Source: Octopus bimaculoides
Lineage: Eukaryota
Assembly: GCF_001194135.2 (NCBI RefSeq)
Contig: NC_068984.1
Span: 33,276,997 to 33,340,996, forward strand
Direction: 5' to 3'
Length of the DNA: 64,000 nt
The position numbers were made by a program, and so were the translations under genes. Numbering within the stretch: position 1 is the stretch's first letter; the number at the start of each line of letters is the position of its first letter. This document shows, piece after piece, positions 1-12,423 of the stretch. The notes under the pieces were generated by a model, which did no database searches, had not been told where the DNA came from, and was given only the letters and a program-made list of their open reading frames with translations.

Positions 1-446
1 GTGAGAGAGAGAGAGAGGTAGTGATAAATGGAGAGACAGATATGTATGCACTTTTATTATGCATCTCTCATTACATTCCACTTCATCATTTAATAGTTTT
101 TTTCTCCTTACGTTCTCCTATAGCTTTCCTCATTGTAGTTTACTTTTTATCAAAATATCTTTATTCGTCGTTTAAATCTTGTATTGCCGTTGTTCCTAAT
201 GTAAGGATAAGGGGAATATCGTACATTTTCGCCACTATAGCGTTATACCTCATTGATTTTCCATAATGCCAAAACGGAAATGCATGTTTAAAATCATTTT
301 TGTTACAATTGATTAGATTTTCATGTTGCATTGCTAAGTAAAGTGAACTGGGGTGTGGCATTTATGTGCCATTTTCTTTAAAATTAAATTGAAATAGCTT
401 TCTGTCGGAATTCCATATATATGTGCGTGCATGCCAGTATATACAT

Positions 447-477
<31 letters not shown>

Positions 478-696
478 NNNNNNNNNNTAGTCTCCAAAAC
501 ATACTATATGAGGAACTTCGGTCGAATATCAGATACGATTATAATTTTATAACATATAAAAATAAAAAAAAAATTACAATTCATAGAAGAAAGCTTCCTG
601 TATTAAAGGTGCTTATCATTTCTATTTTCGCGGTACAAAGAATAAATATAATCCGATCGCACTTCGACCTCCACTCACCATTTCCCTGTATTTCAG

Positions 697-735
697 GTCA
701 AGCGATACTCAAATTGATGGCCTCTCTTCTACAAG
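697..735 (+). CDS. Candidate 39-bp internal exon of an unidentified gene
   Basis: Acceptor ctcaccatttccctgtatttcAG and donor AAG|GTATGA. Symmetric length; two frames are open (SSDTQIDGLSST or QAILKLMASLLQ). No homology recognised. Confidence 0.4.
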
Positions 736-1789
736 GTATGAATCCTTGTATCAAATTGTTATGTATTTGCATCTCAAAAGTCCTTTCAATGAAATATTGC
801 ACACTGTTGCTTCCATTTCGTATACTCAATAATCATATTGCCTATATGTGTGCAGTGCTGTATGTATACAGACACATAGGCCTGCGTATGATCCTACATA
901 CGCACACTCATATGTAAATGCCTGTAAATCAGAGCGCATATACCCATGTATATGTAAGAATGATTGAATTTATATACATATAATTGACGCTTCGTTAATT
1001 TATTACAACTTGTACCACTGCACGTGCACGGTTGCTTGTGTTTAGTTGATTTGAACCACTTATTTCCACTAGCTATATAATCATGTGGTTCTAAATTATG
1101 AATATATTAGGGTGCGTTCTTAATTAACTTGATTTTCCGAACAGAGTTTTTCATAACACTCTTTCACCCGCACATACTCTTGACATGAACTACGTTTTGT
1201 CATTTTACCTTCCTTCGGATATTTACTTCACACCTTTACTTTATATTCGTTGGCTATCCAAGTCTTACTCTTGCTCCTATTCATCCCGGATACGTCTCTA
1301 TTTTTCTCACTGTCGGACATTCCACTCATTTCTCACAGCACCACTTCTTCGTATCCAATTCACTCATTAAGTTGCTTATAACCCACGTATCAACATAATT
1401 TTCCTTCTTTTTTTTTCTTTCATTTCAATAAAAAATAAAGAGACTGATTCTTTCATTTCTTTCCTCCTCAAGCCATTACACCAAATCTAATTTACTGCGA
1501 ACTGTTATATACATATAAAATCTTAATAAGGATGAGATTACTTCATGATTCAATTAATAACTTCATAACATCTCCGATCATGGAATTGTTGTTGAAAATT
1601 CCACGCCATAAATGTGCTAAGTAATTTTCATTGTACTTGTACTATAAAGTGCGTATATGCATATATGTCGCTTCTATTTTTCAATTGTTATAAATCTTCT
1701 ACTGAGGAGGGAGTCGGTTTCCAACAAAGATACAAGACCCGATCTTTGTGACGAATTTAACGCAGACAAATTCTGATCTGGAAATTGAG

Positions 1790-1960
1790 AATGTGTTGCA
1801 TATTTTTACTGTTCCACTCACAGATTGCACTTGTAATGACCGAACCAGCCAGTCGATTTCTTTTTCTGAAGATTTCAGTTTATCCAGATTTTTCATTAAG
1901 CATTTACTAACAAAACCTAGTGCTTCAATTATTATTGGTATGAATATGAATAAGCCTACA
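1790..1960 (-). mobile_element. C-terminal fragment of a REL-endonuclease non-LTR retrotransposon (R4/Dong-like)
   Basis: Minus-strand translation FIPIIIEALGFVSKCLMKNLDKL..EKEIDWLVRSLQVQSVSGTVKICNTF matches the IPxxIGALG...LQxxxxxGTxxI end motif of REL ORFs. Confidence 0.7.
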
Positions 1961-2045
1961 TTATGAAACTGGAGGTTTCAAAGTTTATATGTACGTATAT
2001 ATATAACTATATGTGTAGAGTGTTAGGTGTGATGTACAGAATTAA

Positions 2046-2300
2046 ATATTGAAAAAAAAGTCGTCAGAATTTTGGAATGACTTCTTTCATTTATTTTATA
2101 CATATTTTAGCGCTTTCGTTCGTCTTTCGAACTTGTCAAATATAATTCTGTGAAAATACAGAGATCTTGTTTATTTATATAAAACAGGTGTTTTTTGGGG
2201 CTTTGTTTATAACAGAACATTGTTTTGTTTCTTTTTATTTTTGGGGGTGTGGCTTTGGAGACAATGGAAGATGTATAAGCAGATAGATAGATAGACAGGC

Positions 2301-2355
<55 letters not shown>

Positions 2356-2638
2356 CAGGCAGACAATCTATCTATCTATCTCTCTGCCTGTCTATCTATT
2401 TATCTGCTTATACATCTTCCATTGTCTCCAAAGCCTCACACCAAAAAAACAAAAAAACAAAACAATGTTCTGTTATAAACAAAACCCAAAAGAACACCTG
2501 TTTTATATAAATAAGCAAGATCTCTGTATTTTCACAGAATTATATTTGACAAATTCGAAAGACGAAGGAAAGCACTAATATATGTATAAAATAAATGAAA
2601 GAAGCTATTCCAAAATTCTGACGCCTTTTTTTCAATAT
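2046..2638. repeat. Long inverted repeat (fold-back) with ~270-bp arms and a (GATA)n spacer
   Basis: Left arm atattgaaaaaaaagtcgtcagaattttggaat...ggagacaatggaagatgtataagcagatag is the reverse complement of the right arm ctatc...cttatacatcttccattgtctcc...attccaaaattctgacgcctttttttcaatat; roughly 90% identity by eye. Confidence 0.95.
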
Positions 2639-3048
2639 ATAACTATATANNNNNNNNNNNNNNNNNNNNNNNNNNNNNNNNNNNNNNNNNNNNNNNNNNN
2701 NNNNNNNNNNNNNNNNNNNNNNNNNNNNNNNNNNNNNNNNNNNNNNNNNNNNNNNNNNNNNNNNNNNNNNNNNNNNNNNNNNNNNNNNNNNNNNNNNNNN
2801 NNNNNNNNNNNNNNNNNNNNNNNNNNNNNNNNNNNNNNNNNNNNNNNNNNNNNNNNNNNNNNNNNNNNNNNNNNNNNNNNNNNNNNNNNNNNNNNNNNNN
2901 NNNNNNNNNNNNNNNNNNNNNNNNNNNNNNNNNNNNNNNNNNNNNNNNNNNNNNNNNNNNNNNNNNNNNNNNNNNNNNNNNNNNNNNNNNNNNNNNNNNN
3001 NNNNNNNNNNNNNNNNNNNNNNNNNNNNNNNNNNNNNNNNNNNNNNNN

Positions 3049-3080
<32 letters not shown>

Positions 3081-3499
3081 TGTTGTGTCTGGGTAAAGTC
3101 ATTTTCTTATCGTGCCTTAAAATTTCACAAACTCACCGTTAAAATTTCCACTTATTATTTTTATTTTCCTAAAATTTTCGTTGCGACTCGCAACCATTTC
3201 AATAATCTTGACTCTGTCCGTTATTTACATTGCGTTCTGTTTTCGCTTTATTTTTTGCGTATGCGTGTCTCAGTGTGTGTGTATGTATGTATGCTTGTAT
3301 GTGTGCGTGTGGGTGTATGTATGTTTGTGTATGTGCATATGTATATACGTATGTATGTGTGTGTATGTATATATGCATGTATGTGTGTGTTTGCATAATC
3401 TATGTATGTATTCTGCATTTGTGTGTGTGTGTTTTTAATGTATATGTGGGCATGTGTATATGTATGTATGTACCTCTGTCTCATTGTGTGTGCATGTCT

Positions 3500-3544
<45 letters not shown>

Positions 3545-4086
3545 TGTGTGTATGTGTGTGTGTGTGCTTTGCTGCTATGTTGCTATGCTGCTTTACTGTG
3601 CTGTGCTATTGAAAAGGTTGCAAGACGCAACGAAAATNNNNNNNNNNNNNNNNNNNNNNNNNNNNNNNNNNNNNNNNNNNNNNNNNNNNNNNNNNNNNNN
3701 NNNNNNNNNNNNNNNNNNNNNNNNNNNNNNNNNNNNNNNNNNNNNNNNNNNNNNNNNNNNNNNNNNNNNNNNNNNNNNNNNNNNNNNNNNNNNNNNNNNN
3801 NNNNTATATATATATATATATATATATATATGTAAGAGATTGTCTATGACTGTGTCTATGTGTGGTGAGTATGTTCTTTGTAGATTCAAAAATTGAGTTC
3901 CCTATTTTGACGTATAAGGTATCAAAAGATTCAGTAATCTCTCGGCTACCAAATGAATATGATTTTTGGACGACTTTGTTTTTACTACAAAATTAACCTC
4001 GAAAGCGAGGCTGCGTTTGACCAGGTCATTTTCGGGCAATATTTAGATTTGCTTCTAATCTACGTTGCCAATTTTATTACTTTCAG

Positions 4087-4159
4087 TGACAAAGAAATGC
4101 AAGCAATGTACAAGGAGTGTTATGAGTGCATTTGTGATGGACAAAACCCAATTTGTTAA
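4087..4159 (+). CDS. Candidate terminal exon (DKEMQAMYKECYECICDGQNPIC*), phase-compatible with 697-735
   Basis: Branch-like CTAAT at 4055-4059, acceptor ttttattactttcAG at 4086, stop TAA 4157-4159, AATAAA near 4544. The alternative frame VTKKCKQCTRSVMSAFVMDKTQFVNGK* stops at 4169. Confidence 0.35.
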
Positions 4160-5231
4160 CGGAAAATAACCATGCTGTTTTGGAACAATTATTGGCACAG
4201 TTTCCGTCAACAATGTCCTTTGTGCCATAACTAAACTGCCAATGTGAACGTCTTCAGTATTCCATGATTAAACAATGTCTTTGAAGTATCGTAATAACTT
4301 TTCTTTGTACAAAGCCCTATTTTTCAACACAAAATTGATTAATGAACTGTGTTTCTAACTTAATTATGATCGCTTCTGGCATTAAAACCGAATACAATTT
4401 GTCAGTGTAGATTTTCTTTGTAGCAAACGACTCAGGAATGCCAAACGAGCGTTCTCGGGTTTAAATTTTAAAAAAAATTCCCCATTGATTAAGCACACTA
4501 AGAGCCTATTTTCGTTCAAGTGCGGTAAAGACATGAAGCAAGGAATAAAACCCTTCGAGCCTGTGCGTTATAGCAAAATCTAAATGTTCAAAACGGGCTG
4601 ACAAATGTGAAATTTAGTGTAGAAAGTGAATGGAGAGCTGCTCACCGATGATGCCATAGGTGTTGCCAATTTGTGTAATTTACTAGAAAATGTAAATGAG
4701 TGTAATTTCCTAATTTTTTTTTTACTGATTTGGTATATTCCTAATTTAAAATGTCGGTGTTGATCTGAAAACACCGTAATGAATATGGCGCTGTGTCCTA
4801 TATATCAATGGGTAGATGCAATATCACTAATCTCAGTCTGAGCATAGGTACATAATTTTAGCTCCATAATACTATGGTACTCAATTGATATATGAGGATG
4901 GCAGAGGGAGATGTGGTGCTTATGTGAGGCCTGCTATGCATTACTCACATAGTGGCATACACCAATATATACCTGATTAGCTACATTGTTGTAGCACACA
5001 GGATGTAGATTTTCAAGGTGAGTTCGGATTGGCTGTATGCAAGTGAGTTTATAAGTGTGGACCGGAACTCCTGTGGGAAAAATTGCAACACAGGCAACGC
5101 CGGACTGCATTGTGTGTGGCGAGTACATTCCGCTTTAACTCGAAAATTGAGTGTATCTATCTATATATATATATATAATACAATGTGGCTGCAGGTCATA
5201 ACATGCGGGCAACCCTAAGGTGCATTGCTAA

Positions 5232-5282
<51 letters not shown>

Positions 5283-5284
<2 letters not shown>

Positions 5285-5330
5285 TCTTTTATTCTTTCAC
5301 ATGTTTCAGTCAATTGACTGCGGCCATGCT
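5283..5330 (-). mobile_element. 3' end fragment of SINE family B
   Basis: ttcacatgtttcagtcaattgactgcggccatgct resembles acttgtttcagtcatgtaactgggatcatgct at ~46690. Confidence 0.6.
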
Positions 5331-6543
5331 TCTTTTGTCGAATACTCCAGGATAGCCGATGGTTTAGAATCCCTTTTCGTGTATTATAAGCAAATAAATA
5401 AATAGCAAATGATGGTTAAATGACAGCTCATTATACCTGTTTCTAACGCATGTTGTATGAGATGGATGAATACATTACATCATAGCAAAATCCATTTTCA
5501 TTAGATGATATATAAAATTCAAACGATAGAAGAACAATCCATGAATGCAGTGGGAACATCACCTAGACTCCTGTTCGAACTGGCCTGGAATGAGAGAAGA
5601 AGCAAAAGTTTATAATGATCGTTGAAACAGCTAGAAAGACATTAAGCGTTTAATTAATGGGTAGGTATAACGGAAGGTCAAGAATACGTACTCCTGATGT
5701 GTAAGGTTAGGTTTACGCCGAAAACGGGTAGTGTGCGTATTCTTTACCTCTGTCTATGTGTATATGAAAGATAATGCGTGTGTGAGAGAGAGTGAGTGAG
5801 TGCTACTTGCACATACATGTAAAAAATTTCACACATCACAACAACCAACTCCATTTCTCTTTCTCACACTCTATTTCTCAACTCTATTTCTCAACTCTAT
5901 TTCTCAACTCACACTCCATTTCTCTTTCTCTCTCTACCACACGTCCATTTCATATACACGTGAATCTTACACTTTCTCATCTCACTTCAAAGCAAATGTT
6001 GCCTTTTCATTTTATCCACTTTTTCATTTTCTGCTCTCTTCAAAGCATACAGAAATTAAAACAATTTTAGGGAAATTAACAAACAATCTTATGATCCCAT
6101 ATATGTCCAGTTAACAACTTGCTTCTTCAAATGAAAGGGTGCCATAAAATAGCTTCCTTTGACACACACGTATGCATACATGCACTGTAGGTAAAACTTC
6201 TATACGAATTATGTTAGTTCTTGCAGCGTTCACCTACAAATTTACAGCTCAAACGCAACTGAAATGATCTTTTCCTATTGTGTAATTTGTGTTTCTGATG
6301 AGTGTATTTAAAAGCCTGACCTTCGATATAAACTTCAAAAGAAATGTTTGCAGAAATCCTCTACTTTCTAGCATGTCCGAGGTGACACTACCGTCCCATC
6401 CCTTATTTTTTTCTGACCACGAAGAAAAGATTGTTCTCAAGAATTTTCTTAAAACCATCTTTCTTAGTGGTCAGATCGTGGGTGATCGACTTCTAGCACA
6501 CTAGATGTCCACTTAGTGGTCAGCCCTCTTATATGTATGTTAA

Positions 6544-6603
<60 letters not shown>

Positions 6604-6927
6604 NNNNNNNNNNNNNNNNNNNNNNNNNNNNNNNNNNNNNNNNNNNNNNNNNNNNNNNNNNNNNNNNNNNNNNNNNNNNNNNNNNNNNNNNNNNNNNNNN
6701 NNNNNNNNNNNNNNNNNNNNNNNNNNNNNNNNNNNNNNNNNNNNNNNNNNNNNNNNNNNNNNNNNNNNNNNNNNNNNNNNNNNNNNNNNNNNNNNNNNNN
6801 NNNNNNNNNNNNNNNNNNNNNNNNNNNNNNNNNNNNNNNNNNNNNNNNNNNNNNNNNNNNNNNNNNNNNNNNNNNNNNNNNNNNNNNNNNNNNNNNNNNN
6901 NNNNNNNNNNNNNNNNNNNNNNNNNNN

Positions 6928-6975
<48 letters not shown>

Positions 6976-8367
6976 GTGTGTGTGTGTGTGTGTTTTATAT
7001 TTGAACCTAAGTATTCATGTACATAGTTGCATAGTGAAATAGAGAGATCAGAAAGATACAACGGATATGTATAGCTAGAACGGGCAAATGACGGATATAC
7101 AATTACATATGTGATCGCGAGAAATAGTGAAACAAAGAATCAAAACAGCAGTTAACAGTACAGTCAATACACAAATTATACCTTTGAATGGAGAAATATT
7201 TCCTGTTAAATAAGAAGTGGTAATCAATGATAGTGCGTAAATTCGCATGAGATTTAGCAGCTTGTGATTGGATGACCTATTTTCTTTTCGATATATCTCA
7301 TTTTTAAGCATTATAGTTAGCATATATTTGAAAATATTGTGATATCTAAAAGTGATTTTGTTTCTAAAATCTCATTTGTGTTCCAATTTATTTATTAATT
7401 CGCTTCCATGGAAGACTATTTCTTTCGTGAATGCTTTATATTCGTGACCCCTGAAAAAATTCCGAATAATGTAAACATTTATAAAAACAAATTTGTGCAT
7501 TAGAACTATTCTTAGCTCTTTTATCTGTAACGATATCTGATCCAGCATGAAAACGAAAAATATAGGTGACAGTTAACATATCTTCTAAGAAACATCAGAC
7601 TTTCATATAATAATCAGGTTAATTAATACTTAATTTCTTCAAATTAACAAACCATTTGAAGATATTCCTAAATAATTGCCAGCGCATTTATACCTATCTT
7701 GCATAACTAAATAATCTTACTCAGAGAATAAATAGACTCATGTCAAAACATTTATCACTCGTGTTTGTGATACTAGTGGAGAATTGTTTTCTCATTCGCT
7801 TTGTGGACAAAAAAGTTAGTTGCTCATCACGAAACAAAAGTAATTGTCTCATCATTAAAACTAGTCGTGATGCACTTGGCTTCACACTCGAATTTAACCA
7901 CCGGATCTATTTACATACGAAAGCTTTAAAACTATTTTCGTTATTTCTTTTCTAACCACAGACCTAACTAATTATCCACACACTCGGTCCCAAAACTTTA
8001 CTTTTGGTATTTCTACATTCAGTTTATAAATATAGGCGCAATAGTAAGTATAAGCCCGTTATTGGTTGCTCGCTCTCTCGGTAGCATAGAAGATATGTAT
8101 TGCATATATATGTAAATGTGTGCGTGTGTGTGTGTAATGGACTCTCATGTCGAAGACGACGTATGGGTGTTCAGCTGACGCCGAACGGCCGGCTCGAATG
8201 ATTTATTTATAGTTATAAAATTTATGTACCGTACATTAGTACACTCCTACCATCAAATGGACGTTGCCTGAACAGTTGCATGGTGTATCACACAAAAGGT
8301 CTTCGATTATATGTGTGTGTGGGTTTTGTGATTGTGTATGTGTATACATACATACATACATACATAC

Positions 8368-8887
8368 TTGTTGTTGTTGTTGGCACTCCATCGCTTACGA
8401 CGTCGAGGGTTCCAGTTGATCCGATCAAAGGAACAGCCTGCTCGTGAAATTAACGTGCAAGTGGCTGAGCACTCCACAGACGCGTGTACCCTTAACGTAG
8501 TTCTCGGGGATATTCAGCGTGACACAGTGTGACAAGGCTGACCCATTGAATTACAGGCACAACAGAAACAGGAAGTAAGAGAGAGAGAAAGTTGTGGTGA
8601 AAGAGTACAGTAGGGTTCGCCACCATCCCCTGCCGGAGCCTCGTGGAGCTTTAGGTGTTTNNNNNNNNNNCCTTTGAATTACAAGCACAACAGAAACAGG
8701 AAGTAAGAGAGAGAGAAAGTTGTGGTGAAAGAGTACAGTAGGGTTCGCCACCATCCCCTGCCGGAGCCTCGTGGAGCTTTAGGTGTTTCCGCTCAATAAA
8801 CTCTCACAACGCCCGGTCTGGGAATCGAAACCGCGATCCTATGACCGTGAGTCCGATGCCCTAACCACTGGGCCATTGCGCCTCCAC
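8368..8887 (-). mobile_element. tRNA-derived SINE, family A, near full length with (CAA)n tail
   Basis: Minus-strand head GTGGAGGCGCAATGGCCCAGTGGTTAGGGCATCGGACTC...GGTTTCGATTCCCAGACC carries Pol III A and B boxes. The body recurs at 63885-64000. The internal ~90-bp duplication flanks a 10-N gap. Confidence 0.9.
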
Positions 8888-8962
8888 ACATAAATACATA
8901 CATACATACATACATACATACATAAATACATACATACACACATACATACATACATACATATA

Positions 8963-9360
8963 CAGTATGTTCGGGAAGAATTTGACGGTTATGTTTAGTT
9001 TTTGTCTGGAACAGCTTGATGCATTGGTAAACAGTCAGTTGCGTTATAGGGTAAAACGATTATATTTCTGGTTGAGAAAATGTTATTCGGAAGCCATCGG
9101 AATATTGGAAAAGTGTTACCTTTGTCATGATGTTTCGCACCAAGTATCAAAATGCCGATATTACGACTACTGCTCAGTGGTCTGCAAATATTGTAAAGGC
9201 TAAAAGACGTGACATGGACGTCATAAAAATTAAGTTCCCCCACACGGTGATGGTCTTTCCGTGTGTCTCCAATGAAGTTGACGTCGTGCCACTCGTTTTC
9301 TTTAAACATGGTCTTTCCCTGAATTCAGACAGCTGTATAAAGCTGTAGGATACTGTCGGT
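8963..9360 (+). mobile_element. Degenerate Tc1/mariner-superfamily transposase fragment
   Basis: TA|CAGT start as a candidate TIR end. Translation IKIKFPHTVMVFPCVSNEVDVVPLVFFKHGLSLNSDSCIKL resembles the KFPxxVMVxGxVS...G motif that follows the first catalytic Asp. Confidence 0.7.
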
Positions 9361-12158
9361 AAATATATATAGATATTGATACATACACACACACACACAC
9401 ACACTCACATTTATATGTATATGTATATGCATGTATATAGGCTAAATTTTACAGTTTGCTGAAACACGAAAATAAATCACAGTATTCCATCTAAAAAGAA
9501 AAGTATTTTAACAATCAAAACTTTCAACTAGTTTACAGTTGAGAGATAGCAGTTTACTCAAAGTAGCCGACCTCAGCGACAACAACGGCCTCAGCAGAGC
9601 TTCGGAACATGAAACTTCGGTTCCTCACCTAATTGACCTTGGTAACTAAATCGGCCTTTATGTTAGAGACCGAGCTGGTTGTATCACTCACTAATGCGTT
9701 CCACACTTAGTAATTCGTGGGATTACAATCAGTGTTATTAGAAGGTAAAAAAATCGGGTTGGAGAAGTCTTAGAAATTCTCCGACGACAAGTATTGACTT
9801 TTTCCGGTTGTATGTCAAAGAGCCGAACCCTGCTACTTCATATATGGCCTTCAGATTAAGTGAAGCAGGTTTCAAAACGACCGTAATCCTAAGAATGTCA
9901 AGTGGTTAAGTAAGTATATTCATCTTTAATTCCTACATACACACACACGCATATATATATATATATGTATGTATAATATATATATAAACTATTTTTATAT
10001 ATATAAGGTATTTTCTTCAGTTGTAATGACTGCAGTAGCTATATGTAAAGAATGAATTCAAACGCTTACTTCAATCAAGCCATACAATCACCAGGTCCCT
10101 ACAGTGCTTTCGTAATTCTTGCGGTAGATCTGTATATCCAAAAGTTGCTCACGCATTGCTATCTCAGTAGATTCGATATGATCATAAAGAAATTAGTTCC
10201 GGCAGCTTTTACAAACTTTCACACAATGTTAAGGCTGGTTATATGTCAATACATCTCTACTGAGACTGTAATGTGTAAGTTGTGTTGACGAGATCAAACA
10301 ACAAGGAAATATCTCTGAAGTCTTCTCGTTGCACCGAATAATTTATAACGATATCAGTCGTTGAAATTTTGCTTTTTGAGCATTGCAAATCTGTTTCTAA
10401 ATAGATGACTATATGCTAGGTTATGCAACAGGAAGGCCACTAGATAAGCCCATAATTTCTTTTTAATCAATCGAAGGATCTATGGCCAAAAGAGTTAGAA
10501 TTCCAAAGAACAGATGGATTGAATTACAGCATTTGGCCATCCATATAATTTTACGGAATATATGGAAAGTCACATTCTATGAAATATCAACACTTTGTAT
10601 TAATAACCAACAATGTGATCTCATTCTGGTGCCCTCCCATTTTGTAGCCTTCCCTTTTCGTAATATGGTACATGGAGCTCCATCAGAGTGAATAAAAATA
10701 CATAAAATAAAAGAAGAGAAGAGGGAAGAGGAAATAACGGAGCCTCGAGATGAGGAAAGAAGGCTTAAAAGATTAGAATAATACCATTTTGCAATTTAAA
10801 GCTTGAGGTCGGTGACCAAATGTATAAACTAGCAAAATTAACTAGAAAATACGTTAAGGGTGTATAAATAATAAGAAAATAAACCTACTACTTAAGTATA
10901 ACAGGATTCGTCAATAAGTCTAGAAAAAGAATAATATTTATGATTTCGTAAATAGTGCTAATTAATATTTATCCAAAAACATACCCATAAAGTTGTTACA
11001 ATAGTATACTTACTGATATATTCTAAAGAGCAACCACCTGCTGACTGTAATGGAATTGACCAAAGTCCAGCCATCTCTATAATTGATCTGTTAAATTTAG
11101 ACCGTTATAGGGGTAGACCGTTATAGGCTTAGATCGTTAGAGTGGTAGATGTAAATAAATAAGTAAATAACAAAGTAAATAAAAGGTGTGGGAGGAGTAG
11201 CATATGTCATAAGTGGCCAGAGGCCGCTTGTGTTATTATAGACCACCCCAACATGAATACGAGCAACTGTACGACAGTAAATAACTAACAATTAAGGGGA
11301 GACAACCGTTACAGGAGGTGGTTGCTAGGATATTTATCTTCAAATTATAGTGCTAAATTTGTCTTCTTAAATAGACAGCATAGTTCCAAGTGTTGGTTAT
11401 AATAGACAAATAGTAAATGTCGAAACGTCCCTGAGCACATTCTGCGTATTAGACTTATGAGAAGGCAAAAGAACAAAGCCCCCAAATAGTTAAACGATTA
11501 TAAGTTAAATCATTTGCTAATTACTAGCATGGTAACAAATTCCTGATCCTACTACAGTTTACAAGATCCTAGTTTATATATATTATTATTAATATTATAT
11601 TGTTCATATTACTAAACTTGTCATTATATTAACCCTTTCTTGAGTGCAACCATATGGGATCTTCCACAAAATTTCACTTTCATTCATACACAATATGCCT
11701 AAGGGCAATAATATGTCATAGAAAAGCGTCTACTGCAGTACTGAGTACGAACAAATACAATCTAGAGAGGTGTGCAGTTAATATTAAGTAGTTAAATAAA
11801 ATTATGTTATACTGGGTAGGGATTCCGAAATACGCACGTATAATGGCGCCCACAATAAATGAAAGTAGACCAGTGTGCTGGCTGAAAATTAGGCCCAGAT
11901 TGAAGTTAATGAAAACAGCTAACCCATGGTATAGAAAGTTCAGTTAAATAAAATTAGTTGCAAGTAGAGCCTTAGCTGAGATGGCGGGTACAGGCTCTTG
12001 TGGGAGGGGGTATTTATTGGCGGTTAAGTACTAATGCCCTCCGTATTCCAAATTAGGTTCATAGTTGAAAGAACTGGATTTATTAAAGGGGGTAAGAAGG
12101 TTATATTAAGGAGCCCTTAGACGGTTATTCCAACCGCTAAATCTACTTACCTGTATGT

Positions 12159-12192
<34 letters not shown>

Positions 12193-12347
12193 ATNNNNNN
12201 NNNNNNNNNNNNNNNNNNNNNNNNNNNNNNNNNNNNNNNNNNNNNNNNNNNNNNNNNNNNNNNTATATATATGTGTGTGTGTTAGATTGATAGGTAGATA
12301 GATAGATACAGAACTACACACACATGTATATGTATATCTATATATCA

Positions 12348-12380
<33 letters not shown>

Positions 12381-12391
12381 CGCGCGTGTGT

Positions 12392-12423
<32 letters not shown>

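Noticed and set aside
1106-1140. TA-TTAGGGTG start resembling a Tc1/mariner TIR
   Set aside because: No matching inverted copy or transposase sequence was found nearby.
5865-5910. 13-bp tandem repeat (ctctatttctcaa x3), and a 10-bp tandem at ~47870-47900
   Set aside because: No unique spacers, so not CRISPR-like; ordinary minisatellites.
8550-8790. Internal tandem duplication in SINE A
   Set aside because: It straddles a 10-N gap and the copies are near-identical, so it is most likely an assembly artefact.
8800-8887. tRNA-like sequence with A and B boxes (also the heads of SINE families B and C)
   Set aside because: These are SINE heads attached to repeated bodies and tails, with no complete cloverleaf or acceptor stem; not scored as tRNA genes.
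11630-12130. Mitochondrial insertion (NUMT) suggested by in-frame TGA codons and a WxWxFV motif like COX3
   Set aside because: No diagnostic COX, CYTB, ND or ATP6 motifs could be aligned; left as an unexplained block pending BLAST.
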